From Ylistrum balloti (lineage: Eukaryota): a stretch of DNA of 64,000 nucleotides. The stretch is from positions 1,240,001 to 1,304,000 of the forward strand of contig NW_026782300.1 in assembly GCF_031769215.1 (NCBI RefSeq), read 5' to 3'. Below the pieces are notes generated by a model. It had not been told where the DNA came from. It searched no databases and saw only the letters and a list, made by a program, of their open reading frames with translations. The position numbers and the translations under genes were made by a program. Shown here piece by piece: positions 52,472 through 64,000 of this stretch (positions within the stretch are counted from its first letter, which is position 1; every line of letters begins with the position of its first letter).

Positions 52472-55374
52472 TTTCTGTACATCAGAGTAGCTCCTTAAGA
52501 CTTTCAGAGCTAGTTCTTGAGGACTTGTTGCTAAAGGAAAACATACATGTGTTCACAAATGCATTGGACATACATGTTTTCAAGGATCTGTTTATTGACA
52601 CACTGGAGAAATATTCAGATATAGTTTTAAGCTGTTGTATAACCCTTGAATAGTTTTTAAATATAATGTATGACATCTATCTTTCTTATTTTGGATAATT
52701 TCAAGTTTCAGATGACTAATTCCACAAATTTTCTTAGCATTTATACATTAGTGTGAATCGTCAACTTGATTTGAAATCCTCAGAAATTCTACAGGAATAG
52801 TTTGATGCTGTTAGTACTAATCTGTTTTGTATGGTAAAACAGTGTCGATTAATTGTGTGTTATTTTCCTGAATTAGCGTGTCTTTTGGTCTCGCTGTCTG
52901 CATACATTGAGGTAACCATTGATTACAGGCGAGTAGGATGGCTTTGGTTTGAGATTGATTGTCCTGTGTTATTTCCAATCCACTTACGACCATTCCTCAG
53001 TCACAGTGATGGCCACCATCAAGTCTCCTCTGCTTAAAACATTATAAAACAGAATGTTATTTAGTACACAGTATGTAATTGCCAAATGAAAGTTTGTTTG
53101 ATGTTTCTTGTCAATATGTTGTACAACGAATTCATAAGACATATGTCTTCAGGGTAACAAAATCCATGCAGTGTAAATTCAATGAGTGCCAGTATAACTG
53201 TGTTAAAAAGATTTAGTAGAAGTTCTATTAAGTTTTCCATCAACTAATGGGTGCTGTGATTATGTATATGGCTGGTTTGGATTCACCCTATTGCTGTATA
53301 TGTAGGTTATGTTGTGATCAGTGTACTTACTTATATCAGAAATTCAGACTTGATAAAAAACAATCAGTAATGAAACTAATGAAATTACTACCAAAGTACG
53401 TATAAAGGAACTAGTGGCCAAAACGTAGAAGATGACCCAGACGGGTGCAATATTTTAACATATACAATAATGTGGAAAATCAATGTTTGCTTTATTCATT
53501 GGTCACAGACAGGATTGGATTGACTGAGCACAATAACAGTCTGGATTTCTTGATTTCTTTGGGAGAGGGGGAGGTTGAAATCGAGCTTCACCCTTCACCG
53601 TTGGCTATTTGTTCCATCACTTCACAAGTTGATGAGAATAAATTACAACACTGAGATTTTGGAGGACAAAATATATTGTTGTTAGCTTTGCTTTTACAAC
53701 GTGTCACTAGCATTGTTGATTTAGGGCAAATATTGTTGTGTTTTTTCTCAGCCATGTTGACTCTTAATCATTCTATATGTAGCCATAGTGCTGAAAAACA
53801 CTCGCATATTTTCCTTCCTGAGTCTACAAGATAAATAAAGGAAACATTTTTCCTGGGATGGGTTCATTTTCATATGAATATGTAATAAATTTTTGTGTTT
53901 TGTTTTTCATATGTGTATTTATGGAAATTTAATTGAATTGAGTCCTGTTCGACTTTCCTTGATAAAGATGAATGTGCTGATGTCTGTACTGCTAGAGAAA
54001 AAGGTCTACTGATGTATTTTTGAAAGGTACTGTTTTTACTGGAGTCAGTGGCGGGTATAGTGCACTTTCTCCTGAGGCACTAGCCCACCATCACTACAAT
54101 CTGTTTTAAGCATTTTCTCGTTGTGTTGAGTCATAAGATAAAAGCAGAGGCCATTCCCGGACCTACTAGAGCCTTGAAGGCACCAAGCGGAACCAGGCTT
54201 ATCCACACTATTGGATTGCCATTTGTAAATGACAGACACAGATGGAAAGGTCAAAGGCAGCTAAAAATGTTATAATTGTTCCAAGATTCCTCGACTCATC
54301 TGTGAAGTGCTTTGGTTTCTGAAACAGTTTGTGCTTGTAACATGGTGTTCTTTCTCTAGTTGACTATCCATTCAAGGGAGATAATTCTATTTTTTTTATT
54401 AATTGCTTCATATTGATTAATGTTCTTTGGTTATTTTAACATATCTCCCAACTCTCTCTAATTTGTACTTAATGTTAGATTTGGTTGATCACCATTTCTG
54501 CTTCTGAGATTATTTTCATAATCATCTGTTTCAAAATAATCCTTCAAGGGATAGAATTATATTTTGGGTTAGTTTAAACAATATTTTATTCAATATTCAA
54601 CAATATTAGACTTATAGATATTATATATAGGATGGGAGAAACAGGCTTAGAGCTTATAATTACATCTTAAATATATATTGTTTCATGTGACTTCCACTGT
54701 GGTCACTTTGATTATTGCTTGTATGTGCATTGTGATGCTACTTTCTATTCATAGGAAGTAATTATGTTTACAGAAAAATACTAAGTAACAAAGTTATACA
54801 TGAACTTAGTAATGTAACTGAGATACAAAAAAGACATCTTTGTATTATTATGATCAGTCTAGAAGGAGAAGTAATTTTCAGGGGAATCTGTAATTACATA
54901 ACAGTTAATGGTCAAGACGTTGATGTACAATTGAAAGCAAACATAAGTCTACAAACACATTCATCAGGCTGGTTTTGCATTATAAGGAAAATTGAATGAA
55001 CATCGAAATCCGACAGAGCAGACATACACTATTCTTCTGCCCAGGAATAAAGACTGTATTTGAATGTGCAAATTTCGTGACCTTTTGTGAGCCTACTGGA
55101 GAGACTTGATGGTTATTTCATCCCTTCCATCAGTGTTAACTCAATCAGTATTCATCACCAGATTCTCGAAAGCCTGCCAGCAGTAGCCGAGGCCAGACCT
55201 CCACATGCAAATTCATCTTTGGAGCTAGCTCACAACATTTTTTTCCTAGTTTACGATAAATGAAGATGGCACTTTGTTATCAAAGCAACTGGATTTAATA
55301 CAGAGATGTCATAATATCCATATTCCATGGATACTACAAAGATACTACACTTGATATCTGTCACTGTGTGCAGT

Positions 55375-55607
55375 TTATTATTTTCAGCTGTGTGGCTTTA
55401 AACAACTTTTTCCTCTGTACTAAAAGGCCTGGAGGCATGATATTTGGCTGGTATGTTCCTAGGATGAGCCCTGACAAAGTTTGAAAAAGAAGTGACCTTG
55501 ACTTATATTCAAGGTCACAGTGGTCAGATTTGTTAAAATATTTAAACAACTTCTTCTCTCTGGTATATATACCAGTTGAGCTTTGCAGGCCCATTGGGCC
55601 TCTTGTT
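55375..55607 (+). mobile_element. 3' part of a HINE/Helentron-like element
   Basis: Perfect 10-bp inverted repeat gtgaccttga/tcaaggtcac (55492-55518). Terminus ccagttgagctttgc-aggccc-att-gggcct-cttgtt matches the end of the 15632-16363 element. Confidence 0.7.
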
Positions 55608-55884
55608 AGACTAGTCAAGTCAAATATAACAGGATTTGTTGTATGGACAACATACTGCTGATTGTCATCTGTTTGAAAATTCCATTTCAAGATTGCCTCT
55701 TAAACATGCATGTGACCTCTGTAAGTGTTTGGATTACATTTCCAGAACATGAACCTAAGTCATATACCTTTTAGTTTTGAACAAATGTGAGGTATCTGGA
55801 GTTGACTATAGAGACATTCTTGGGTCCCAAATTTTACAAATGAAGCCAAGGATCCCTGTGCTGTATTTTGGGTCTATTTGTTCT

Positions 55885-56270
55885 CTGCACAACATTATTG
55901 GTTCTTTTGTAGATCAAACTAAAGACCAGTGCTCTACATTAGTTGGTATCTTTGAGAATCAAATAAAAGATCACTGCACTGAATTATTTGGTTTCTTTGA
56001 AGATCAGACCAAAGATCACTGCTTTAAGTTCTTGGGTGTTTTTGGGGGAAAAAACCCCAAAAAACTAAAATCTGCTCTACATTCTTGGGTCACTCTGTAA
56101 ATCAAACTAACGACCAGTACATTACATTCTTGGGTCTCTTTGAAGAACAACCCAAAGACCTCTACAATACATTCTTGAGTCTCTTTGTAGATCAAAGCAA
56201 AGATCTCTCCTCTTCATTCTTGAGTCTCTTTGTAGATCAAAGCAAAGATCTCTCCTCTTCATTCTTGGTT
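55885..56270 (+). repeat. 45-bp degenerate tandem repeat (~8 copies)
   Basis: attcttgagtctctttgtagatcaaagcaaagatc at 56171 and 56216; older copies back to ~55900. Confidence 0.88.
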
Positions 56271-57189
56271 TTGTACTCTATATTTTTCCAGGCTTCTTCT
56301 TTTCTAATCTCAAATACCTTGGCTACATTCTCAAGTTTCCATGTGGCTAAAACTTGAGATCTCTTGACTTTATCTGAAGTTTCCTTCAAGATCTAAATCA
56401 GATCTAAGGTATCTTGATTAATGCTTTCTCCATATGGTTGAACCTGAGATCTCTATATCCCTTTCAAGCCATTTTTAGATTTGCCCTGGATAGAAATATC
56501 TAAGGTATGAATCAGGAGAACTTCTCAGTTATGGTAGATTGTCATGTCAGACATGTTATGATACAGTATTCATGTTTCACACAGTCAATATGCACCCAAC
56601 AAAGTCATTTGTTTATATATAGAAAATTCTACAGATAATAATGTTACGAACAGAGGGCATTGAACTGTAATTTGGTCCACAAGAAGAATCATTTTGTATC
56701 GCCTCCTAGTCAATATTGTGAAATAGGTGACCACACAAACATGAGACATGCATTGTGATTGAAAGTTTGCATGTGCCAGGGGATCTCCTATACTGTTTTC
56801 ATTTTCTCTGTACTCGAATACCAAATTCATCGAAAAAGCAATATGAACTCTGTTCCTGAATCGGTATAGTATGGTTGTTTGATACATTTGGGAGGGACTT
56901 AGTAGCATGAAATGTGTCATAACCCTATATTTAGCAGCAGGAATTTCAAACCCTCATCAATTATTCATAGCCATGTTCATGGTTTATACATTCTATAAGT
57001 GATACTGCACAGCAAAACCACACTGTCCCATCATAATTGATTTTATTTGTAAGAGAAGACTGCTATTTTAGGAGTTTTACTGCGAGTGTCTCCCCTCCCA
57101 GTAGGACTTCATGTATTTTGTACTATAGGATTGGGAAGCGATGGATTTAGGTTCAGTTTTACAATCAGTATCTCCTGGTTCTTTTAAGA

Positions 57190-57400
57190 GTGGGCTATTA
57201 TTTTGATGTGTTGTCCTGTAGGTATGGGAGAAATATTTTGGGAGACTTTACTCCAGGATTGGTTCAATATTTTGATGGGCTTTCCTCTAGGAATGAAGTA
57301 ATATTTGACAGCTTATCCTTTTGTAATGAAATAATATTTGGGTGGGCTTTCCTCCAGGAATGGAGTTATATTTTTGGGGGCTATATGTAGGAATGGAGTA
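57190..57400. repeat. Degenerate ~37-40-bp repeat 250 bp upstream of the first PMCA coding exon
   Basis: aatattt(t)g..gggcttt(c)ct..aggaatg recurs ~5 times. Confidence 0.65.
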
Positions 57401-57653
57401 TGTATATTATTAAATTTGTGGCAATGTTAAATTTATTGATACTGAGGGGAAAAAATTCTGGAATTGCTTCCAGTGATATATGATCTGATTAAACAATTGT
57501 TTGAAGGCATAAGTTGGGATAACAAACAATGAGATGATGGGTATTGATCTGACAGTCTGGTTTAAGAAATTTGTTGGTTGTTTGAATTAATCCATATAAA
57601 AATGAATGACTTGTGTAAACAATTATTTATGTTGTTCTTATTTATCATTGCAG

Positions 57654-57690
57654 AGTCTAGGAAGTGAAAATAGATAAAAACAGACCCAGG
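57654..57690 (+). other. ATP2B: 5'-UTR part of the first PMCA coding exon
   Basis: Acceptor gttgttcttatttatcattgcag| at 57653; in-frame TAG at 57658-57660 upstream of ATG 57691, which has good Kozak context (aggATGG). Confidence 0.7.
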
Positions 57691-57877
57691 ATGGCAGAGG
57701 AGGACCACCCAGATGGAATAGCTCTGTCCCGACACTCAGAGGGACAGTATGGGGTCCCTCTCATGGAGCTCCGGGAACTTATGGAGCACAGGGGTAGTGA
57801 AGGATACAACCTTATACAGTCAAAGTACAATGGGGTCACAGAGCTGTGTCGCCTTTTATATACATCTCCTATAGAAG
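57691..57877 (+). CDS. ATP2B: Plasma-membrane Ca2+-ATPase (PMCA), first coding exon: MAEEDHPDG...QYGVPLMELRELMEHRG...ELCRLLYTSPIE(G)
   Basis: LRELMEHRG and LYTSP.EG match the PMCA N-terminal segment; donor GAAG|gtaaac, phase 1, splices in frame to 62937. Confidence 0.95.
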
Positions 57878-57984
57878 GTAAACAAATCTACATATACAGT
57901 TGTAGAGTTGTGTGTTGTCATTTTCTGTCAGAATATCTGATGTCAGATTCCTTATCACTATGGACAGTTACATAGACCTGAGTG

Positions 57985-58490
57985 TCATGGTGTTTATGGT
58001 TCAGTCATAAGTATGGAGAGTTGCTTACCTTTGAACCTTATGGTGTTTGTTGTCCAGTCGAAGGTATGGAGAGTTGCGGTGTTTGTTGTCCAATCTTAGG
58101 GGTATGGAGAGTTACTTACGTTTGAGCCTTGTGTGATGTTTGTTGTCCAGTCAAAGGTATGGAGAGTTGTAGTGTTTATGGTCCAGTCTTAGGTATGGAG
58201 AATTACTTGCCTTTGAGCCTTGTGGTGTTTGTGGTCCACTCATAGGTACAGAGAGTTATTTACTCTGGAGTCTGATGGTGTTAATGGTGTAGTTGTAGGT
58301 ACAGAGAGTTACTTACACTGGAGTCTAATGTTAATGGTTAAGTCGGAGGTATGGAGAGTTGTGGTGTTTGTGGTCCAATCTTAGGTACAGAAAGTTACTT
58401 ACACTGGAGTCTGATGTTAATGGTTTAGTCGGAGGTACAGATAGTTACTTACACTTGAATCCTGTGGTGTTTGTGGTCTTGTCATAGGTC
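57985..58490. repeat. Degenerate mixed-length (~35/55 bp) repeat in PMCA intron
   Basis: ggtgtttgt(g/t)gtcca...aggta(t/c)(g/a)gagagtt recurs ~10 times. Confidence 0.85.
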
Positions 58491-59919
58491 TATGGAATGA
58501 TGGAGTAATGAATATTTTTTTTGCCTGAAACATGGTGTCTGAGGTTAGAAACTTGACAATAATATCTTAACAGAACATTCTCTGTGGTTTAAGTTAAGCA
58601 CACTTGCAAAATTGCAATGCAAGAATAAGTGACATCTGACTCCACAGCTACAGCACGTCTCTGAGAAAGAACCACAATCACACTAGGAGGCCAAAAATAA
58701 TGCTGCCATACCAGTTTTGTTTTTAAAGATTGAGGTTTATGTGTTATGGGTAGACATATTTCTTCAGCCAGAGGTGTTACAATACTAATGTCTTCGATTA
58801 TATTGCTATTTATATCTTTGAAGAAGTTAGTATTTATAAGGATTAATAGTACATCTTACTCTGTTGGGCCAGCAGATATTCCTTGTTGTAAACAGAGTAT
58901 GGTAAAATGGTGTCACATGGAAGGTAGTGATGGGCTCCTAAATTTTTTATTTATATTATTTCCCATAGTTTCTTCCTGACATTACTTGTTGCAATATTTA
59001 AGTGATTCTAGAATGAAGATTAATAGCTTTGAAGGAAAGTTATGAAAGTGATAATTTCCGAAGTTATGTAATTAGTCAACTACTTCTGGCAGAGATACAT
59101 TTTCCAATAGTTTGAAGAATTGCTATGTTCATGCTGATGATACATCTTGCCATTTTCAAGTGCCACAGCAGCATTAACACAAAGTCAATGCCCCCATTTA
59201 CAAACTAAGTAGATTTCAGTTATAAGCAGTAGAGTTATTGTAGTTGATGTTTTATTCATTAATCTTAGATAGCTATAAAAGTAACACTAATTCTAGGTAA
59301 TTGTAGTCGGTATTTAATTACTTAAGCAATCACCCTTCAAGTGAAGCCTTATTAATCGCTGTCAAATGTTACGGAATATGCTGCTGTTTCATGTACAGTG
59401 ACATTGCTGTGACCTTGAAAACGGCAGTAAGCTTTCCCACCTATTGAGTAATGATGGTAGTTTTGACAAAAAACCTGTCTTCTGCATCAAAATTCTCACT
59501 TAATTGGAATTGAATTCAATGATTAATGTGGGGCATTTATTCTGTCCCGATTCTGTTCGCTACAAATTAAGTTCAACGTCAACTAGTGAATGCTGATAAT
59601 TTGGATTGTGAACATTTTACTTTGAAGCACAAAGTGTGTACAGTGATAACATTGATTTAAGTGAGATCAATACAAATCTCAACCAACAGTTACATTGCTA
59701 TCACTGTATGGTATATGGCCATCCTTAATCTCAATATGACTCTTCTTTGGGATAACATTCAGTTGTAAAACCACAGAGATCAATGCTTTGTGATTCAGAA
59801 TAGATAAAATTTCCTGTGTAAATATTTTCTTGGTTAAGAATTCAAATTTTTAGAAAATATGCAGTTACTACAAAAAAGAGTGGTAGTATGGGGATTGGTC
59901 TGACCTATACAAGTCTAAT

Positions 59920-60295
59920 GGAAAGTCTGGTTTTTTCAGGTTGTTGGTCTAGTTGAAGGATACAGGTTTTTGGACTAGTTGAAGGTCTGGTTTATACATG
60001 ATGTTGGTCTTGTTGAAGGATACAGGTTGTTGGACTGGTTGAAGGTCTGGTTTATACATGATGTTGGTCTAGTTGAAGGTTTGGTTTATACAGGTTGTTG
60101 GTCTAGTTGAAGGATACAGGTTGTTGGACTGGTTGAAGGTCTGGTTTATACATGATGTTGGTCTAGCTGAAGGTTTGGTTTATACATGATGTTGGTCTAT
60201 TTGAAGGATACAGGTTGTTGGACTAGTTGAAGGTCTGGTTTATGCATGATGTTGGTCTAGCTGAAGGTTTGGCTTATACAGGTTGTTGGTCTTGT
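59920..60295. repeat. Mixed 26-bp / 34-bp tandem array in PMCA intron
   Basis: Short ttgttggtctagttgaaggatacagg and long ttgttggactagttgaaggtctggtttatacatg units, order S L S L L S L L S L L. Confidence 0.93.
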
Positions 60296-61524
60296 TATTG
60301 TCAGTTGTAGGCTCTGGTGAATATAGCTGTTTTTTTAGCTGTAGGCACTAAATTTGTATACCCATATATGGTGATACCTCATTTAAGAATGTGACTTGTT
60401 TTCCAGGCTGACAGCAGCCTGTTTGTGTGTTTTCATTTACACTTTGCATGCTATTGATATATGGCTCATATTACAATGCAAGTGTGGTATAGCAAAAATT
60501 CTGTTTGAAATTTTTAAGCAACAACCATATGAATGGAATTGCTTATTAATTTGGAATGTCAAAAACCTACTTACCATAGGTAGCATATTCCTAGCAAGGA
60601 CAGTCTGACTGAAATACTTACACAATCATACATTTCGATGGAGGCATATTTGCAATATATCGAGTCATTCTCATAATCGATCAGCTCTAACCACTTTTTA
60701 CTTTGATCTATGATTTGAAAGTTTTCACCAGATCTGTGGGTTTGTAAATGTGTCTGTTTAATATTTTTTCAAGGGAGTTGGTCTATGTGTCTCTCTTGAG
60801 TCTGTTTGACATATGTTAATAGGTAATATTGTATTATATTTGTCAGTGCTTCCCTTGTATTAATTGGATAAGAGATGGTCACATGCAGATTGACATATAA
60901 CATATTGACTTCATGTTTCATTTGTAATATACAGATGAAGAACCTTTGATTTCAGCCTTGCCCTTGGTCAATGTTTTTCTGCCAGGTTAAAGTAACTCCA
61001 TATCAACCTCCTGAAAAGTCAATAATTGATCATTATTTGTAGCAGTTGGCATCCTATGTAGATTTTGCTTCTTAGAAATTAAAGAAGATGCATATATATT
61101 AGTTTACATTTGTCAATATTTACTCTTTTTTTTCTGATAGACTGGCCCTATTTTAGCCATTGTCCTTTGTAATTATTTATTTCTGGACAACAATTGGTGT
61201 AAAATGTGGCATGCTATTGCATATTTATAGGGAAAGATGTTTATTTGTTGGTTCATAGGTTTTCTGTTAAGATATACTTGCTTGGTCTTGACATGGTTAT
61301 CCTCAAAGGCAGCCTGCTTGTCAAGATACAGCTTGCTGGATATCTACTTAGCTCATGGATTGTAAATCCAATTGTCTTGTTTTTGATACTAGCTGTGTTA
61401 TCATAAGCTCAATGGTATCTGGAATACAATTTTTTTGTACTGGAAACAAAACCTAATTCTAGAAAGTCTGAAACTTATCTTTTGGGAATAATGGGTAAAT
61501 CAAATTTACATGGCATTAGATAGT

Positions 61525-62350
61525 GTTACAGGGAATAGTAAATACTGTTACACGGCAGGGAACATTAAATACTGCTACACTGCAGGGAACAGTGAATACT
61601 GCTACACTGCAGGGAATAGTGAATACTGTTACACTGCAGGGAACAGTGAATACTGCTACACTGCAGGGAATAGTGAATACTGTTACACGGCAGGGAACAT
61701 TAAATACTGCTACACTGCAGGGAATAGTGAATACTGTTACAAGGCAGGGAACATTAAATACTGCTACACTGCAGGGAACAGTGAATACTGCTACACTGCA
61801 GGGAATAGTGAATACTGTTACACTGCAGGGAACAGTGAATACTGCTACACTGCAGGGAACATTAAATACTGTTACACTGCAGGGAACATTAAATACTGTT
61901 ACACTGCAGGGAACATTAAATACTGTTACACTGCAGGAAACATTAAATACTGTTACACTGCAGGGAACATTAAATACTGTTACACTGCAGGGACACTGCA
62001 GGGAACATTAAATACTGCTACACTGCAGAGAACATTAAATACTGTTACACTGCAGGAAAGATTAAATACTGTTATACTGCAGGGAACATTAAATACTGTT
62101 ACACTGCAGGGAACATCAAATACTGTTACACTGCAGGGACACTGCAGGGAACATTAAATACTGTTACACTGCAGGGAACATTAAATACTGTTACACTGCA
62201 GGGACACTGCAGGAAACATTAAATACTGTTACACTGCAGGGAACATTAAATACTGCTATACTGCAGGGAACATTAAATACTGTTACACTGCAGGGAACAT
62301 TAAATACTGTTACACTGCAGGGATCATTAAATACTGTTACACTGCAGGAA
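61525..62350. repeat. 27-bp minisatellite (~29 copies) with recurrent 13-bp insertion units
   Basis: Unit aatactgttacactgcagggaacatta; 9-codon period explains ORFs 61510-62157 and 61523-62011. Confidence 0.98.
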
Positions 62351-62936
62351 AAAGTAAGAATACTTTGTGGTGCAGATGTACTTTCTGTTCATCAATGCAA
62401 CTGTACACCATTTCACAGAATTGTATAGAAACTGCCTAGCCATGTATTACCACAAAGTCAGGTGGTATTTCATGCAAATACCTCAGTTATTTTACTGCTA
62501 ATTATATCTCTTTATTTCTATTTTTGAGTATGAAATGTTTTCCATTGTAATTCAACCCAGATTCAATCTTCAGTTTCCAAAGGATGAAATGTTCAGTGTT
62601 TTAAGAAATGAGATAAGGTGTTCTTTGGCTGTATGCTAAGTTTGCGTGGGTTCATGTTTATATTGATAATACTTTTAAAGCCAATTTTCAAATGAAAAAC
62701 CATATAAGATAAAAGAAATTTAGAAAAAAGCTGTTGTTTTGGAAAGAAAAAGAAGGAAAAAATTATTTTAATTCTCTGATCCTTACAAATTGAGATAAAA
62801 CCAGAAACTGGAGATACTATTTATTTGTATTAAACTGAAAAAGCATTTTTTGATATTCGGGATTATTAAAGAATTATAATTTAAACTGACATATACATAA
62901 TGTGAATTAATGTTTCATTTGTTTTGATATTGACAG

Positions 62937-63131
62937 GTCTACCTGGTTCTCCAGCAGACCTTGCAGACCGACGGAAAGTATTCGGCTCCAATGTGATACC
63001 TCCAAAGCCTGCTAAAACCTTCCTCCAACTTGTATGGGAAGCTGTTCAAGATGTGACATTAATAATTCTTTTAGTAGCTGCATTAATTTCTCTAGGATTA
63101 TCTTTTTATAAGCCTCCATCTAAAGAAGACG
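62937..63131 (+). CDS. ATP2B: PMCA second coding exon: (G)[64 protein letters not shown](G), includes TM1
   Basis: [30 protein letters not shown] is the P-type IIB signature region; acceptor ttgatattgacag|, donor GACG|gtaagg, 195 nt, phase 1-1. Confidence 0.98.
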
Positions 63132-63581
63132 GTAAGGATTCCCTACAGGTCACAGATGGCACAATCTTTTCTTTATGAAAATCACTTAAGCAAAACCTTT
63201 AAAATAAGAATTCATAGAGAGTATAGTGTTGATTCATTTATGTGGATTTTAGAAAATAACAACAAAAATTAAATAAACAATATTTAGAGGTTACTTCAAA
63301 TTCAATTGTAATTTATGTATGTATGATTGATTATGTCAAGGGCAAAGAAATCTCTTAAATAACTTCACCTGCTAAACAAAAGTTTTGTATAGCTATCTCC
63401 ATTAGTTTTTTTTTTTTGATAAATTTTGTTATTCTTAAAACACAACATTCTTGTATGCATATTTGGATTGTTTGGTTAAAGTAACCAGCACATATGCATT
63501 ATTGGCACACACTGTGTAAAAACTTCAATTTGAAAGAAATCAGAATTGATTTTAACTAAGCTTTTTATTTTCCTGTTACAG

Positions 63582-63815
63582 GTGGGGATGATTCGGAATC
63601 GGAAGCTGGGTGGATTGAGGGGGTGGCTATTTTAGTGGCTGTAATTGTTGTAGTTCTTGTGACTGCTTTTAATGACTGGAGAAAGGAAAAACAATTCCGA
63701 GGACTCCAGAGTAAAATAGAACATGATCATCAGTTCTCAGTGATTCGGGGCGGACAAGATATCAACATTCCCGTTGGGGAAATCGTGGTTGGGGATATAT
63801 GCCAAATCAAATATG
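63582..63815 (+). CDS. ATP2B: PMCA third coding exon: (G)[57 protein letters not shown]...[10 protein letters not shown](G), TM2 and start of A domain; gene continues beyond window
   Basis: GWIEG, [17 protein letters not shown] and VGDIxQxKYG motifs; acceptor tttttattttcctgttacag|, donor TATG|gtaggt, 234 nt, phase 1-1. Confidence 0.98.
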
Positions 63816-64000
63816 GTAGGTATTCTTTTCTTTCATTTTGACATAACTTGACAAAATGCTGCAAAAGTTTGTAGATACATGCTTGGATATGATAAAATCA
63901 GTTAATGTTGTAGTGTAATGCTTTGTTTTGACAAAGTTTATAGCTCAAGTCACATACAGTTCCAATGATATTGTTCTGATATATGACAATTCTATCAGGA

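Noticed and set aside
54045-54260. GC-richer CpG-containing block with short open frames
   Set aside because: No recognisable homology or exon boundaries.
57664-57690. ORF-track start at GTG 57664 and read-through to 57975
   Set aside because: Bacterial-style start call; the eukaryotic ATG is at 57691 and the frame leaves at the 57877 donor.
61510-62157. 215-aa YCYTAGNSE-repeat ORF and 162-aa TVTLQGTLN-repeat ORF
   Set aside because: 27-bp minisatellite in a PMCA intron; two frames are open and 13-bp insertions shift frame.
63816-63824. Alternative donor AG|gtattc at 63819 for PMCA exon 3
   Set aside because: Would break the conserved KYG-D junction; the donor at 63815 keeps phase 1.

Overview
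Eukaryotic, AT-rich, CpG-depleted animal genomic DNA, probably from a bivalve mollusc. That assignment is inferred from Helentron-type non-autonomous elements and SINE motifs recalled from molluscan repeats, not from a database search. The only supportable protein-coding gene is a plasma-membrane Ca2+-ATPase (PMCA/ATP2B, P-type IIB) on the + strand. Its first three coding exons lie at 57691-57877, 62937-63131 and 63582-63815, joined by GT-AG phase-1 introns, and the gene continues past the window end. The preceding 57 kb holds no recognisable coding sequence and is probably 5'-UTR intron. It carries about 25 mostly unrelated tandem arrays (units 26-140 bp, roughly a fifth of the window by my approximate sum), HINE/Helentron and SINE remnants, and several candidate upstream exons or recursive splice sites. 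Nearly all long ORFs in the supplied track are translations of tandem repeats. The best leads are: (i) an indel-free 29 x 36-bp array whose substitutions look codon-patterned and which reads as a decayed acidic Asp/Ser/Gln repeat protein; (ii) a tandem 3' splice site plus a 22-nt candidate microexon that could switch PMCA between a uORF and an N-terminal extension; (iii) recursive-splice-like motifs; (iv) satellite higher-order structure and kinship between distant arrays. I see no prokaryotic features, CRISPR arrays or intact transposases, and I cannot demonstrate a wholly new biological system from sequence alone.
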